A stretch of DNA of 58,333 bases, counting the filler, from Diploschistes diacapsis (taxonomy: Eukaryota), in the NCBI GenBank assembly GCA_023645945.1. It is 8 parts of 8 records of this genome, joined end to end, with 100 filler letters (N's around TTAATTAATTAA, not from the genome) between each part and the next. Parts side by side here need not be neighbours in the genome. Positions count along the whole stretch, not along the records: positions 7,361 to 14,619 come from JALAIB010001301.1; positions 14,720 to 21,922 come from JALAIB010001302.1; positions 22,023 to 29,213 come from JALAIB010001303.1; 5 more parts are not named here. One strand, 5' to 3'. This document shows, one piece after another, positions 13,857 through 26,238 of this stretch. The position numbers and the translations under genes were made by a program. The stretch's first letter is position 1; each line of letters opens with the position of its first letter. A model generated the notes under the pieces. The model did not search any database, had not been told where the DNA came from, and saw nothing but the letters and a program-made list of their open reading frames with translations.

Positions 13857-14719
13857 GAGGACTACATTACTCGGGTCGTGTCTCCGCTCTTGTGGCTAGA
13901 ACTCGTAACTTACACTTCTTTCCCGCTAGCGGCTCTTCGTAGGCAATTCCTCCGCCTCGACAACCTGGCCGAGGAGCACGACCCCAGCTTCCTGAAGTGG
14001 CTCGACGACGACAACAATCTCATCGTCACACCCATCAGTCGTTCTGGACCGTACATGGTCGTCAACCGCACTGCACTCCTCATAATGGGCGACGATGGAG
14101 CTGTAGAGTCGTTCTGTGAAGGACCCATCTCTGCCTACGTCGTCAACGTCAAGCCCTCACAACCCTCGATTCCAGCGAGGCTTCCTTCAAGAGTGAAAGA
14201 AGCACTTTGCACTGCTGTGATATCTAGCCTTCGGCAGAAACGCCGGCTATAAATAAGTCGTCGCCCCATCTAAAAACATTTATATATTAATTACGTTCAG
14301 TTTAGGGAGATCCTGGAGGATCTCCAGGTCATCTTCTACGACTTCTATCATTACGACCGGACGCGGAAATAAAGAAAAAGCGAAGAGAAGTATAATGGTC
14401 GGAGAAGAAGCACGGCATAAGAAAGGCTATGGAAGGTTTAAAAACACACTTTTAAACTGCTTTTAGAGCACTTTAAGCACATTTTGGTGCTTTAATATCT
14501 ATTTTTTATTACGATATAGTTTCTATGGCTATAATAATAATAATCACATTTTATTTATTTTATATCTAATTTTATATAGTTCTGCGTATTTCTGTTAATT
14601 AAGTGACATGCATTTGTATNNNNNNNNNNNNNNNNNNNNNNNNNNNNNNNNNNNNNNNNNNNNTTAATTAATTAANNNNNNNNNNNNNNNNNNNNNNNNN
14701 NNNNNNNNNNNNNNNNNNN

Positions 14720-15095
14720 CCCCACCCGCCTGGCTCCCTTGTCCGCCCTGCACTCCGCCCGGCTGCGGATCCGTGTTCGGGGCCGTCGACGTGGTGTGCG
14801 GCACGATGCTGACGCTGTTGGATAGTCTGGTTGTCGGCTGCGCGGAGCCGGAAGTACCGCCGGCGAAGGGGGCGGACGTGACGCCGGTTGAGGAGGACGT
14901 GCTGGCCATGGAGGTCATGGAGGGCATGGTGGTGGAGGCGGATTGGCGGGGTTGCTATGGGATGGGGAGATGAGGTTAGTATATTGTGGAGAGAAGAGTG
15001 GAGAGGAGGAGGGGAAAGAGGCGTACGAGTACAGCGTCGGCGCGCGCGAAGGCGCTGAGTGCGACGAGGAGGAGGGCGGCTGTTGGGAGATACAT
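14720..15095 (-). CDS. Secreted Ser/Thr-rich protein, possibly cell-wall/GPI, 3' truncated at the contig end; exons 15095-15027 and 14954-14720
   Basis: Signal peptide MYLPTAALLLVALSAFARA. Intron GTACGC..ACTAAC..TAG joins it in frame to QPRQSASTTMPSMTSMASTSSSTG.... Confidence 0.75.
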
Positions 15096-15957
15096 GTTGG
15101 TAATAAGATGGTATGGAGATATTAGATGAGATCGATCACCCGCGATGGAAAGCTTCTCGTTCACGTCCGCGTCCGCGATTTAGTATTGACACAAAATGAC
15201 CATTTGACGACTAGTATGCACCAAAAACACAGGATATGCGATAGAGAAAGTACCCAGGTACAGAGAAGTCGAAGATGGATAGACAAACGGATGACGGGTA
15301 TGATGAACGACGAAGGGGCCAGCCACAAAACGAGCTAGATTCACTGAATGGGGCGCGGACCTGTTCGAGAGGGGAAGCTAGATGCCCGATCTGGGCGGGT
15401 TCGAGATAAGTAGCATCTGCGTAGCATTCTAAGTACTTCAGCTTTCGCTGATCTGTAGATCTCAGCAACGCACACAAAATCCCCATGATGATGTCCATTG
15501 GTATGTATTGCTTTTCAATGTTGATTACGTCACGTGCATTGTTCCGAGCTTAAAGTTAGACTGACGTCATTAAATCCGTAAGCCGAGCCCATCTTGGATA
15601 AGGAATTTCTGCTTTTGATTTGGGAAGGTTGCATCCCAACACCCCTGTATCTATAGTTAGTTCAATCAATCAAAAGCTTCTAAAACTTTCGGAGGTAAGT
15701 TTTAAATCTACTACTTTTTCAGGCATAAATCTAAGCATCTCGCAAAGCTTGGAGGGGTATCATTGATTAGATTACATAGTATCATATATATGGACTACTT
15801 TATCGTACAAATCGTCAGAGCTTTCGTATCCAAATTCATAAACCCAATCCAATTACCACGCCATGCAGGATATCATACCAGAGCGCTCCCAGAATGCCTT
15901 TATTCCGTCCAAAAGATGATCGAAGTGCTCCTCAAGTACTTTTCAAAGCATCATGTT

Positions 15958-17605
15958 TCAGTAATCCACCGATGATGCTGGCGATTTTGGTAAATCATGA
16001 CTGTCGTTATCCCAAGGCTCCGCTTTTCTGCCACTGACAAATCGCCCCTGGTGCGTCTGCCAGTGGACCTCGTTGTCAGGCGTTACAAGCTTTCGGCGCT
16101 CGAGGCGGTGCCGTACCATGCGCTCGGCGACGTGCTCGAGAAGCTCGAAGGGCAGCAGAAACCATTCTATCTCGTCTTCTGTATGCAGTGTCTGTCTCTG
16201 GAGATAGGCTGTGGTCGCTTTTTCGATTTCGGTCAACGTAGCGCCTCCGTCGTGGTGTATTTCTTCGCCATCAGCGTTTCTCCACATGCCGGGTCGCCAG
16301 TCGGCTAGGTCCATGTCACCGAGACCTTTATCGACATTCAGGCGTTTATACCAGGAATGTTCCACGCCGATGTTGTTCCTGATCATGCGGTGCACCATCT
16401 CTCCTTCGGTGTACCGCATGAGTATGTGTTTGGCAATGGCTAAGCGCTCTTTGATAGACGCATAAAAAGGGACATCGGCTGTTTTTGACCTGGCGTACTC
16501 CCCAGATTTCATTGCAGCGAACGGTGTGTCATATCGAATGCCCGTGCCAATACTAAGTAGTAACGCCGGGTCTTTCCTGCGGCCGTCGATACCTAGGCCA
16601 TATCTGTCGCGGACCTCGTTCAGGGCCTTCTCAGCTGGATTGTTGAGGAGAGTTCCGCCGTCTTTATATCGCCTCAGCCTGCCCTGCCGGTCTTTCTTTT
16701 CGTACATCTTGAAGTAAAACGGCGCCGCGCTTGTGGCTCTAGCCACCTCCCAGATCAAGAGATCGAGATCTTCAACCCCAAAATTCGGATCCCGATTGAG
16801 CAGTGACGGGTGATGCTCATAGTGATATGACCGTATAGGTAGAGCTTGAGAATGTTTGCCAGTAGCTCGAGCGGAGATGCAAACTGCCTGACATAGATGG
16901 TGTGCATTATCCACGCCCTGGTCGCTCATATCCGACCACTCCAGGGTATCATCTGCTTCACACATTCCGGGCTCATGTTCCCTACAATATTGCCGAGTGA
17001 TCTTTTTCACTGCTTTTTCAACGTTGGCATGGTTGTATCGTGTTGCTATGAAGTTGATGCCCTTAAGAGTCCTCCGTTGTCTTTTGCCAAAGATCGACTC
17101 CCCAACGTTTCGATATACAGCAAGAGCCTGGCCAACACTCATCCTTAGCCGACCAAGCATGATCGCGATAAGACCACCTGTGCTGGTTCCCCATATGTAG
17201 TCCAAGTAGTGACATGGTAACAGCTCGTCGACATTGACTGGTTGGCCGGTGAGGTTCTGTTCCCATACGGCGACTCGCTTCATCAAATGGTCTAATATCA
17301 GTAGACTTGAGTAACCCCGAATACCTCCGCCATCTGTAGCGAAATTCAGTCAGCATTGGCTTTGCAGTCTCCGAGGGGAAGGCGGATTCTTATACTGATA
17401 TTCGTAGAGGCCAGTTCACTTCAAGCCCACCAGAGTTCAGCAACAGGGATCTAATCTTACCAAATGTCAATACCAGTTTATCCCATGCGTTTTCAGCATT
17501 CACGCTTTGCGCCCACTTTTTGCCCTCCTCTTCAACAAACACCCTCCTCTCTTCGTCATTTTGAAACAGTGGACGTGAGGGCTCCTGGGATGTTTGTCGG
17601 GCCAT
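15958..17605 (-). CDS. Patatin-like phospholipase (PNPLA), about 506 aa, exons 17605-17461 and 17333-15958
   Basis: Splicing (GTAAGA..GCTGAC..CAG) creates VLTFDGGGIRG. Also present: nucleophile GTSTG, ARATSAAPFYF, catalytic DGG..NNP and LLSIGTG. Confidence 0.9.
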
Positions 17606-18298
17606 TTAAAAAAGTGGCAAACGGGAGGAACAGTAAGCTTTACAGGGAAGCTGTAATATGCGGTGCGTAAACTTGAGAGCGGCTAGTAAAGGCTGACACG
17701 CGCCGCGCATGGTGAAGATAAATAATGGTAGCTGCCGTCAAGTATCTAGGTATAAGAGTCATGCTAGGCCGTAATTTGGCTCTCCTCAGGTGACTGAGCC
17801 ACGCATGGCGCGATGTGGCTCAAGCAACTTATCGCTTCACATACTCTGTTATTGGTGCACTGCTGCATAATCAGGCGAGTTTCTGATAATGTGTAGTCTG
17901 CGATTGGTGCATAGATAGCAGGATAAAGGAAAAGGTGACATCCAAAGGTCCCCTGACTCCCTGCTCAAAAATGCTCACACAATCAGCCTTACAGAGCGCC
18001 CCTTTGTCGGCTGGTCGGTTACTACCGGTGACGGTGGTGACGCTTGTGTGCAGCACCGCCCTATATATTCATCAATCGCCTTGTTCCTGTGATTCTGCCT
18101 CACCAACATTTCCTCAACACCCCCCACGTCACCTGCCATCTATTGAGAATTCTTTCGACTGAGCCATATTCCGAACATATCTACACGTTTGATATTGTTT
18201 CTTGTGAACCAGTGTTTTTTTTATTCAAGGTACCTTTCCATTGCCTTTTATCGCTTTGGGCTCCACCACAGTCATCTATCTGCCTTTACCTTTCTCCA

Positions 18299-18881
18299 AT
18301 GATGGCCGACGCTACACGCTATGAAACTCGTGCTCGAAGCGGGACCATGCCTACTAAGGCATCGACTTCGACGAACTCATCGTTACGCAAATCGAAACGG
18401 GTGCTAGTGTATGATTTTGCAGAGAATAAGACTCACCGCATGTCGCGCGCAAAGTTTGAGAAAGAGTATTCAGGTGAGTAATAGATCCTACTGCAGCAAT
18501 CGCGCTTCTATCTAAACTGCGTATACCCCACATGGCAACAGCTAACGTTTAATCTCTTTTTATTCAGATGCCTGCGAAATCATTAGAATCCCAATCCCTA
18601 AAGGCGCATCAAGAGTGGATATCTCCCCAGACGACCTGAGCCCAGAGGCCCAGGATTTTTCTTCGCAGGATTCAGTCGTGCCTAGCCACATCAACACTTC
18701 CTATACCGCCAGCGTTCACATACCATCAGTTGTCTTCTGGGCCCGGGCAATAGTCTCTCCAGACCTCTACCCCGAATTAACCATTGTGTCCAACTCGTCT
18801 CCAAATTCCAGTCGGAGTAACACGTCGAGGATGAACACCATAAACAGCATGAATGAATCGAATGACGCTACGACCTCATGA
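18299..18881 (+). CDS. Hypothetical orphan protein, about 162 aa, exons 18299-18473 and 18568-18881
   Basis: A consensus intron (GTGAGT..GCTAAC..polypyrimidine..CAG) joins ORFs 18044-18481 and 18615-18881 in frame with no stop. No family recognised. Confidence 0.6.
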
Positions 18882-20258
18882 TGGTAGTGCCGTTTGCTTG
18901 CACTTTGAGCGATGGCGTTCAGGTAGCGAGGTGAAGGCGTAGGAACTTGTATACCTTCGGACAACGTTGGCCATCAATGGACCGATAGGATCAGGAACTT
19001 GCCACAATACCATTTTGCTGCGCGGATGGATAGCAAGCACGCTGTCGTTTGCCTGCTGTATTATTGTATTGGCTAGGTAAATAGTAATCGAACCATCAAA
19101 AGAATCAATATTTAAAAAAACATGGTGATAATACCATCAAGGTATGAGATCTTCTTCACATGTGGAGCTATTATTCATTCCTAGGATGTATCGAAGCTGT
19201 TTCCTCATTCTATAAGCTTCACTTGATATGAAAGCCTCGTGTCAATGGGGGAGTGTGAAAAACAGAGAAGGTATAAATACAACGAGTTCAAACCAAGAGT
19301 TTATAAATAGGATTCAGGCCTGCAAATATTCATAACCTCTAGGAGGATTTCATCCCGACCCCAGATAAGACCGGGTGGTAGGCGGACTCGCGAAGAATCA
19401 GCTTAAAAGCATACCTATTCTGAGAAACTTCTCACAAAGCACGAAGAAGACAAGTCACTCATCCCCGAAAGCTTTTTGAAACGACAAAGTAGTCATTGAT
19501 TTTACAGTTGATATCCCGACCTAGCACCGATCCAACAGCACCCTTACCCGCATAGGCCAGCAGATACAATCGAGCTCAGTCAACCGAAGAGCTCATAAGT
19601 CGTGACAATAAGCCCTCGTTGAGGGTACGTGGTCTGGATTCCATGTACATGTCAACGGAATGGTCTTCAGATCCTGTGGAAGAAGGGAGACGGTCTCAAC
19701 TGGTATCAATATATCGCAGGCTCTCTTGCCAGCAACAACAGTTCCCAAAATTCAACGTATCATTTCCTTCACGTCTTTTTGGTTTTCCGACAATAGCCCG
19801 CATAACAAAGAAATCACAATCAGCTTCTAGATCCTAAGGTGTATGCCGATCAACTACAAGAATATGTTTGAACAAAGGACTGACACGCTCGCTCCTCTTT
19901 TGGGAAGCTGCTGATCCCAAACCGGTACAACTTTGATGTCCGCTTCCCTAGATCAGGATGATGGCGTCCGGCAGCCACGTTTTTGACGTGGTCTAAGAAT
20001 CATCTCAAAGTCTTTGTCTGCTCGCTTTGCACGTTGCCTTTGTGTTCAGCAGATCTGATGTTGTCTCCCTCGGCGACTTCCTGAAATTGTCTTTTCTTAG
20101 CATACAAGCACTTCCAGAATAGAACTCTCCCTGCTGCATGACGAATTGCTATTACTTACTTCAACTTATCATTGAGATGACTTCAAAACTACTGCTATTT
20201 CTGTGTCTTTGTGAGGTTGCCACAGCCTCCCGCCTATCCCTTCTCTATCCCTCTTATC

Positions 20259-21922
20259 ATGGACCCGGTATCTCTTTCTTCGTTGGTTACGATCTTAACG
20301 TATCAAGTGTATTCTACTATTCCTCAACCTCTGCCGTTCACTACAACTCGCACATCGGAGTGTGAAATAACCCACTCACCCAACTCACACACCTCGCTAC
20401 CCGTCATGGAGTCGCATGTTCGTCCTTCGAAGATACCCTTCACGCCCAAACGAAGCCACCTCAACATTTCCACCACTGCCTCTTCCGCCTCTCCCCGCTT
20501 CTACTCCTTTCCAAGCCCCGGCCTATCACGCTCCCGAACCGCCTCTTCGCGCTTCACTACCTCGCCGCCCGCGATACCTCCCGCCTGGTCCTGGTCCTGC
20601 CACCACTGCCAAACCACATACCCTCTCGGCGCAACCCGACGGTGCCTGTATGACGGGCACTTTTTCTGCGCCGGGCAGACGGTGAACAAGCGCACCGGGC
20701 GCGTGAAGCGGCACAAGGCATGCGGGAGCGTCTTCGATTACGTAGGGTGGAAGGAGCACGGAGAATGGAGACGCAACGAGGTTCGGATGCGGGATCGCGA
20801 CACCAGCCGGCTAGGCCTTAGCGAGCAGCAAGACAGGGACGCCGAGGATCTGCTGTCAACGGATGAAAGTGATGCAGAATTCCCGAGCGACGCGGAGAAC
20901 AAGGGCAAGCCCCCACACAACTGCGAGACAGACTGCAACTTCCCAAGCGAATGCCGCTGGCGGCCACGACTGACAAATGAGAAGCTGAAGCGCAAAACGG
21001 CCAAGAAGAAGTCGTCTTTCGTTGAGCAAATGGAGGAGAACAAAGGGCCGAAGGAGCAGATGGTACTCTTCGAGCTCGAGCCCGAGAGCGAAACGCAGCG
21101 CAAGGTGAACGTCGAGCAGGAGCCCGACACGCCGATGCCGCCTTCCGTCGACCTGGGCTGCCGGCAATCCTCCACTGCGGACATGGAAATTCCAAAGCCC
21201 CTGCGCGTACGGCAGAAAGCCACTGGCTCTGGCTTCAGCCTGCGGAGACGGAGGAAGGGCCCATTATCTTCCAACCCGCCTGCCACCACTCCCCCTTCAC
21301 CAACCGCCGCCAACACCTCCTCTCCCTCCTCATCCTCAGCCCCTATGCTACCGGAGCTCCACTTCCCAACCATCGCCGTTGACGACTTCTCCGCCTTCAA
21401 AGCCCGCAACGACGCCGCCCACCCTCTCCTCTCTCCCCGAGCCTTCTCCTTCCCCCAGACAACCAGCCCATACTCCTCCTCTTCCTGGCACCATCACCAC
21501 ACCAGCTCGACGTCAATGCGCCGCTCCCACTCCACTCTCCGCCGCAAACCTCCCACTCTCGCCTCCTCCTTCGACCCTGACTCCTCTTCTGACGGCGAAA
21601 TGGAAACCTCCTCGCCTCCCCTCCGCACCCCCAACACCAAGTACCAAAACGTCCCAACCTACCGGCCCCACCAACCGTACGGAAACATCTACCCGGGCCA
21701 CCACTTCCCCACAACCAACGCCGACACTGCAGCGCGCATCGGCCTCGCCCCAACAACCGACCGCCGCGCCGCCACAGTCCGGACCACGACTCCGCTGGCC
21801 CACGCGGTAACTGTGCCGCTTGCGTTGAAGAAAGCGGAGGCCGTGGACGAGGGCCTGATTTCGCCGGCCAGCGACGCGTCGTCGCCGGAGATGAGTCCAA
21901 GGAATGCGCGGGGTTCGAGGGG
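20259..21922 (+). CDS. Hypothetical protein with a Cys/His-rich motif and long Ser/Pro disordered regions, 3' truncated at the linker
   Basis: More than 550 open codons. Contains WSWSCHHC..YPLGATRRCLYDGHFFC...ACGSVFDYVGW...HNCETDCNFPSECRW. Start uncertain (ATG 20259 or 20406). Confidence 0.8.
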
Positions 21923-23829
21923 NNNNNNNNNNNNNNNNNNNNNNNNNNNNNNNNNNNNNNNNNNNNTTAATTAATTAANNNNNNNNNNNNNNNNNNNNNN
22001 NNNNNNNNNNNNNNNNNNNNNNAAAGGGAACGAGGGGGAGGGCAAGAAGTGGCTTGGTCTTAATTAACTAGATGCTCTAACTTGCTATGGCTCTGTGAGA
22101 ATATGAGATTGTGACGACAGAAAGGGGTGTTGGGATAGCTGATGGAAAGCTTTTTCGATGCACCGATCTAGTTAGTGCATTTTGCTTTGCTTTGTGTGTT
22201 GCTGATCGTTAGTGAAAGAGGGGCTCGATGCAATGCAATGTAATACGTGGTACCCCCAACAGCTCTGTCTAAGGGATCTTGGTGGGAGAGGGGAGAAATG
22301 GAGGGCGATGTACCATTCGAGAACCCGCGCGCATCAGGCCAATAGAGGGGGGGCACTTCGCCCTGCCATCTTTCAAGTTCCATAAATCACACAACTTCTG
22401 CACATGCTGTACGAGCGATCGCTATGCCCCTCCAGCCAGACGCCGTACACTGCATCCAACCTTCTCCCAGCCCCGGTCAGCACCATCGTGTTCACCGACT
22501 TGGTCGTCGCTATTTCCCTCAGTCAGAGAGCCCCTTGCTCCTCGAAGACCTGCTGCATTGTTGAACCCTATAGCACATATCCATCCATCTGTTGATTCGC
22601 GCGAAGCAACGGGTGCAATCCTTCCCACTGCCTCGATTTCCTCTTTGTGTCCCTAGCTCTCCCCTAACCTCTCAGTCGACTAGCCCTACCGGGTCAGCCT
22701 TGATGAACTGTGCTTGAGGATGGAGTCTCATCCCCGAGCACATGCAGCCGAAGGCAGTAAGGAACGTGTTGGTCGAGCGCCGGGGGAATTGGCGTTGATC
22801 AGGGGTTGGGAACATGGTCGATATGAAGGCTTTGGGACGCCGATGGCGACGGGGCATGTGATATCTGTTTTGCTTTGAGCTGACGTACGACTTGCTTGAG
22901 TGTTTGCAGGTTCGGTCTATTGAAATGGGGTTGATGTGGCCTGCTAAGCCTTCAGAGAAGGTCAGGTGGGAGCTTTTCGGATATGTATGTGACAGTAGAG
23001 GTACTGGAAGTGTTGGAAACCTCCTCTAGTATACTCTATGGCTGCCTGGTTGTAAGGGCGCGTTCCACTGCTCTAGCCCCGCGAGGAGACAGCTGTCTGC
23101 AAGTTGAGCATCACACTGCTCATTCATGAACTGTCTCACTTTCCGGACTTACCTCATATGCAGCTATATTCGGGGCAAAGCTGTCCATTGTGCTCCTATG
23201 AGAAAAAACAGTGTATGGCCTGTCTTGTTTCTCCTAAGTTCTCCCAAAGTCTGTTTTAACATCCTCGTTACCATGAGTTTTATGGTGAGCAATAAATATT
23301 GCGTAGGATTCTCGGATTCGGCCTGCCCTATGGTTTTAAACCTTCGTGAGTATGGTAGCGATCAACCAAGCATTCATGACTTCTTTAGGAGCTTCAAAAA
23401 GCAGGGCTCCCCAGTTAGGTATCAAGGAGGCCATACTAGGTCTTTGCTTTGCTGCGTGGTAATAGGTTTCCCTCCAATTCAATGACTTCGTAGAGATAGG
23501 AGACAAAGGGGTTTACTCCCATTGTCCGACCTGCATACCAAGGCCATCTGATGTTGGGACTAGCAAATAATCAAGCTCTTCTCGTTTCAAGCTGACACAC
23601 GGCACATTTACCTCGCCCGCATCATCGCATGTAAAAAATGCCTCCTATTTACCCTGATGTGCGGAAAGTGGTCAAACTAGAGGATAGCTTGCTGGAGGGG
23701 AAAGTTTTGGCCAGTCAAACTCAGAATGCTGCCACGAACGCCTTGGGCCAGAGGAATGGACTATGACTGCGGATGACAAGCTGCACCCACTACTTAATGT
23801 GTTGCACGCAGAATCCTGGTTGCGCGGAG

Positions 23830-24814
23830 TCATGTATCGCCTGTATGCTCAATTTGGCGTTTCTCACGGTGCCGTGCCTGCTCTTGGAGCCCCTCCGCCC
23901 GCTGGCGTTCCGCTCTAGCAACTCTGTCTTCCCACTGATCTCGTCGGGAGCATTTTCTGTTATGCTTCGATCGAAATATGTTTTCTTGAAACCGATCGAT
24001 CCTTTGGATGTTCGAGCCAAATCTGTCATTTGCTAGAGCAAGAAGCAATTGAAAATATCTTTCGTCGACAATGGGGCACACTTTGTCATCTCCGCCGGTA
24101 CCATCGTTATAGACAAGGCCAACGACGGAGCTCAAGCTCAACCCAGCAGTCCGAACCGCAACCATGGGAAACGCATTTGAATCGTCCAGAGACTTCAGAC
24201 TTTGCACCCCACTCTCACGCAAGCCAGCTTCAAGCGCCGCAGCAAGTATTGGCCGGGCATGGTGAAGGGACGCAGTCATTATATGGAGGATCTGGAAGTG
24301 GTTATGATACAACCTAGAAGCATCGTGGAAAGTTGTTAATCACCATGGGCTCGAAAGCAAGCTTGATCAGCCGGCATGTGGTAGGATCAACGGCCTGCGG
24401 TACTTCTCCGACCTTGACATGAGCTGCTTCAAGAAGCTTTTCCAACGTCACCTCCCCATGAAGGGACACGGGCACATGAGAAACAAAAAGCCAATGGCCG
24501 CCGAGCCCTTTGCCACCCGGTACCGCGTTCTGTAAAGCATCGGGCTCGGCACACGATCTCCCATCTCCTCCAGTATTGGCGAGGGATGGAATAGTCTTGT
24601 CCTTTCTGCCCTCCACAAAAACAGAGATACGCCCAGCGCAGCTACTTGTTGTCACAGCCCCCTCCAATCCATTGACCTTGCCAATGAGCTCCCTTATACC
24701 CACATCTACTGAGCCTTTAGGAGAGGCATCTGTGTATTCTTCCTCGGGCACAGAGAGATTGGCAAGTATTTGCGACTTCTTGGCTAAGAATGACGGAGAA
24801 ATAGAAGAGTGCAT
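23830..24814 (-). CDS. TYW3: tRNA wybutosine-synthesizing protein 3 (methyltransferase), exons 24814-24344 and 24291-23830
   Basis: DASPKGSVD..I, TTSSCAGRISVF, WLFVSH, FEPM|ILHI, AGLRESG and MVAVRT. A 52-nt GT..CAG intron joins the two ORFs. Confidence 0.93.
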
Positions 24815-25539
24815 TCTGATTTTGATTGATATACGTGTCCGTGGTTTTATTATAAAGTATTCCGCGTGAAATTTTGGATATATGTGCTTTTACTTTAGTC
24901 CCCGCAGCAAAACATCGTAGATTTATTATAAATTACCAACAACACTTGCGATACTGCAACAGAAGCCGTAGATTCAATTTCGTAGGTCAATATTTGGGAG
25001 GATATTCTCGTAAATTTAGGGGCTCGTTATTGCCGAGTACATCCCGACGACTACTACGCCTGCCTTATCAGCAACAGAGATCTACGGAGGAATGACTTGT
25101 CGGCGCATTAGTGAAAGTGATGGTGGGAATGGCCCTTAGTATCGACAGACGACTGGGCTGAGTTGAGAGCGCTTCTACACTATCTCGACTCCGTTTTAGA
25201 GACTCACCAAGCTACTGGAAGGCAACGCCACCAAGGAAGGTAAGGAAGGTGGCCCGCGCTGGCGTTTGGGGGGGGTACTAAAGTCTATGGAACTTCATAT
25301 TTCCCTCAACTCTTTAAGGTGTCGTTGCCGGGCAGACTGAGTACGAGCCCCACCAGCCTTCAGTCTCTGTCGCATCTGCTCCGCCACACCGCCCCCAGCG
25401 CCAGCATCGCCAGCAGCAGTGACTCGGAAAGCGCGCTCACCTCCACGCCCTCCACCTCATCATCGGGCCTTCTCGCCACCTTAACGGCCATGGCGCTCGG
25501 TTCCCGTGCCCGGGTTCACCCCCGCGCCGCACCGCCGCT

Positions 25540-25900
25540 GCTTCAATTCCCGCTACATCGCAGGCTGGCATAGCGCTTGGCGCCCCGCCGCCTCGCGGGT
25601 CACGCGCGGATTGCACGGCTGTTACTCACGCACGGGCTCGACAGCAACGAGCTTGATAGCTCCGGGCTCACGGCGCTGCTGCACGCGGCGCGGGTGGGCG
25701 GTCCGCGGTGGCGGCGACGTTGGCTGGCGCACGGGGCACGCATGGGGGTCCCGCCAACGAAGGGGGGCGGTCCGCACTGCATCGGGCGGTGCTGAGGCAG
25801 TGGGAGGGGTTGCTAATGATGTTGCTCCAGGAGGAGGGGGAGAGGGCGTGGATCGACGGCAAAGATGAGGGGGGTAAGTTCGAGGGTAGGGAAGACGTGA
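25540..25900 (+). pseudogene. Degenerate ankyrin-repeat protein fragment
   Basis: Frameshifted pieces GHARIARLLLTHGLDSNELDSSGLTALLHAAR and GRSALHRAV...IDGKDEGG lie in different frames. Confidence 0.65.
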
Positions 25901-26238
25901 GAGGCCGGGGAAGCGAGGGGGTGCAGGCGCTGGGGGTTTTCGTGAGAATGGTGGAAGGGTTGATGGGAGCGTGGCGAGGGAAGCGTGGAAGGAAAGCTTC
26001 GTGGTGTTAAGAACTTTGTGTAATATTTTAGAATCAATTCCTCACATCTCCGACCATGTAATTACTCTTCGGAGCTTAGAATGGCCTTTCGGTAGCTACT
26101 GGCTCGCTCGAGGGATCACAGGCCGATCGGACGCTGCTGCCCGTGCACTGTTGAAGATGTCCCTACATGCCTTCCCAGGAGCGTACCATGCTCACAGCCG
26201 AGCACCGAAACAGCACTCCTATCCTGGCCCGGCCTGGC

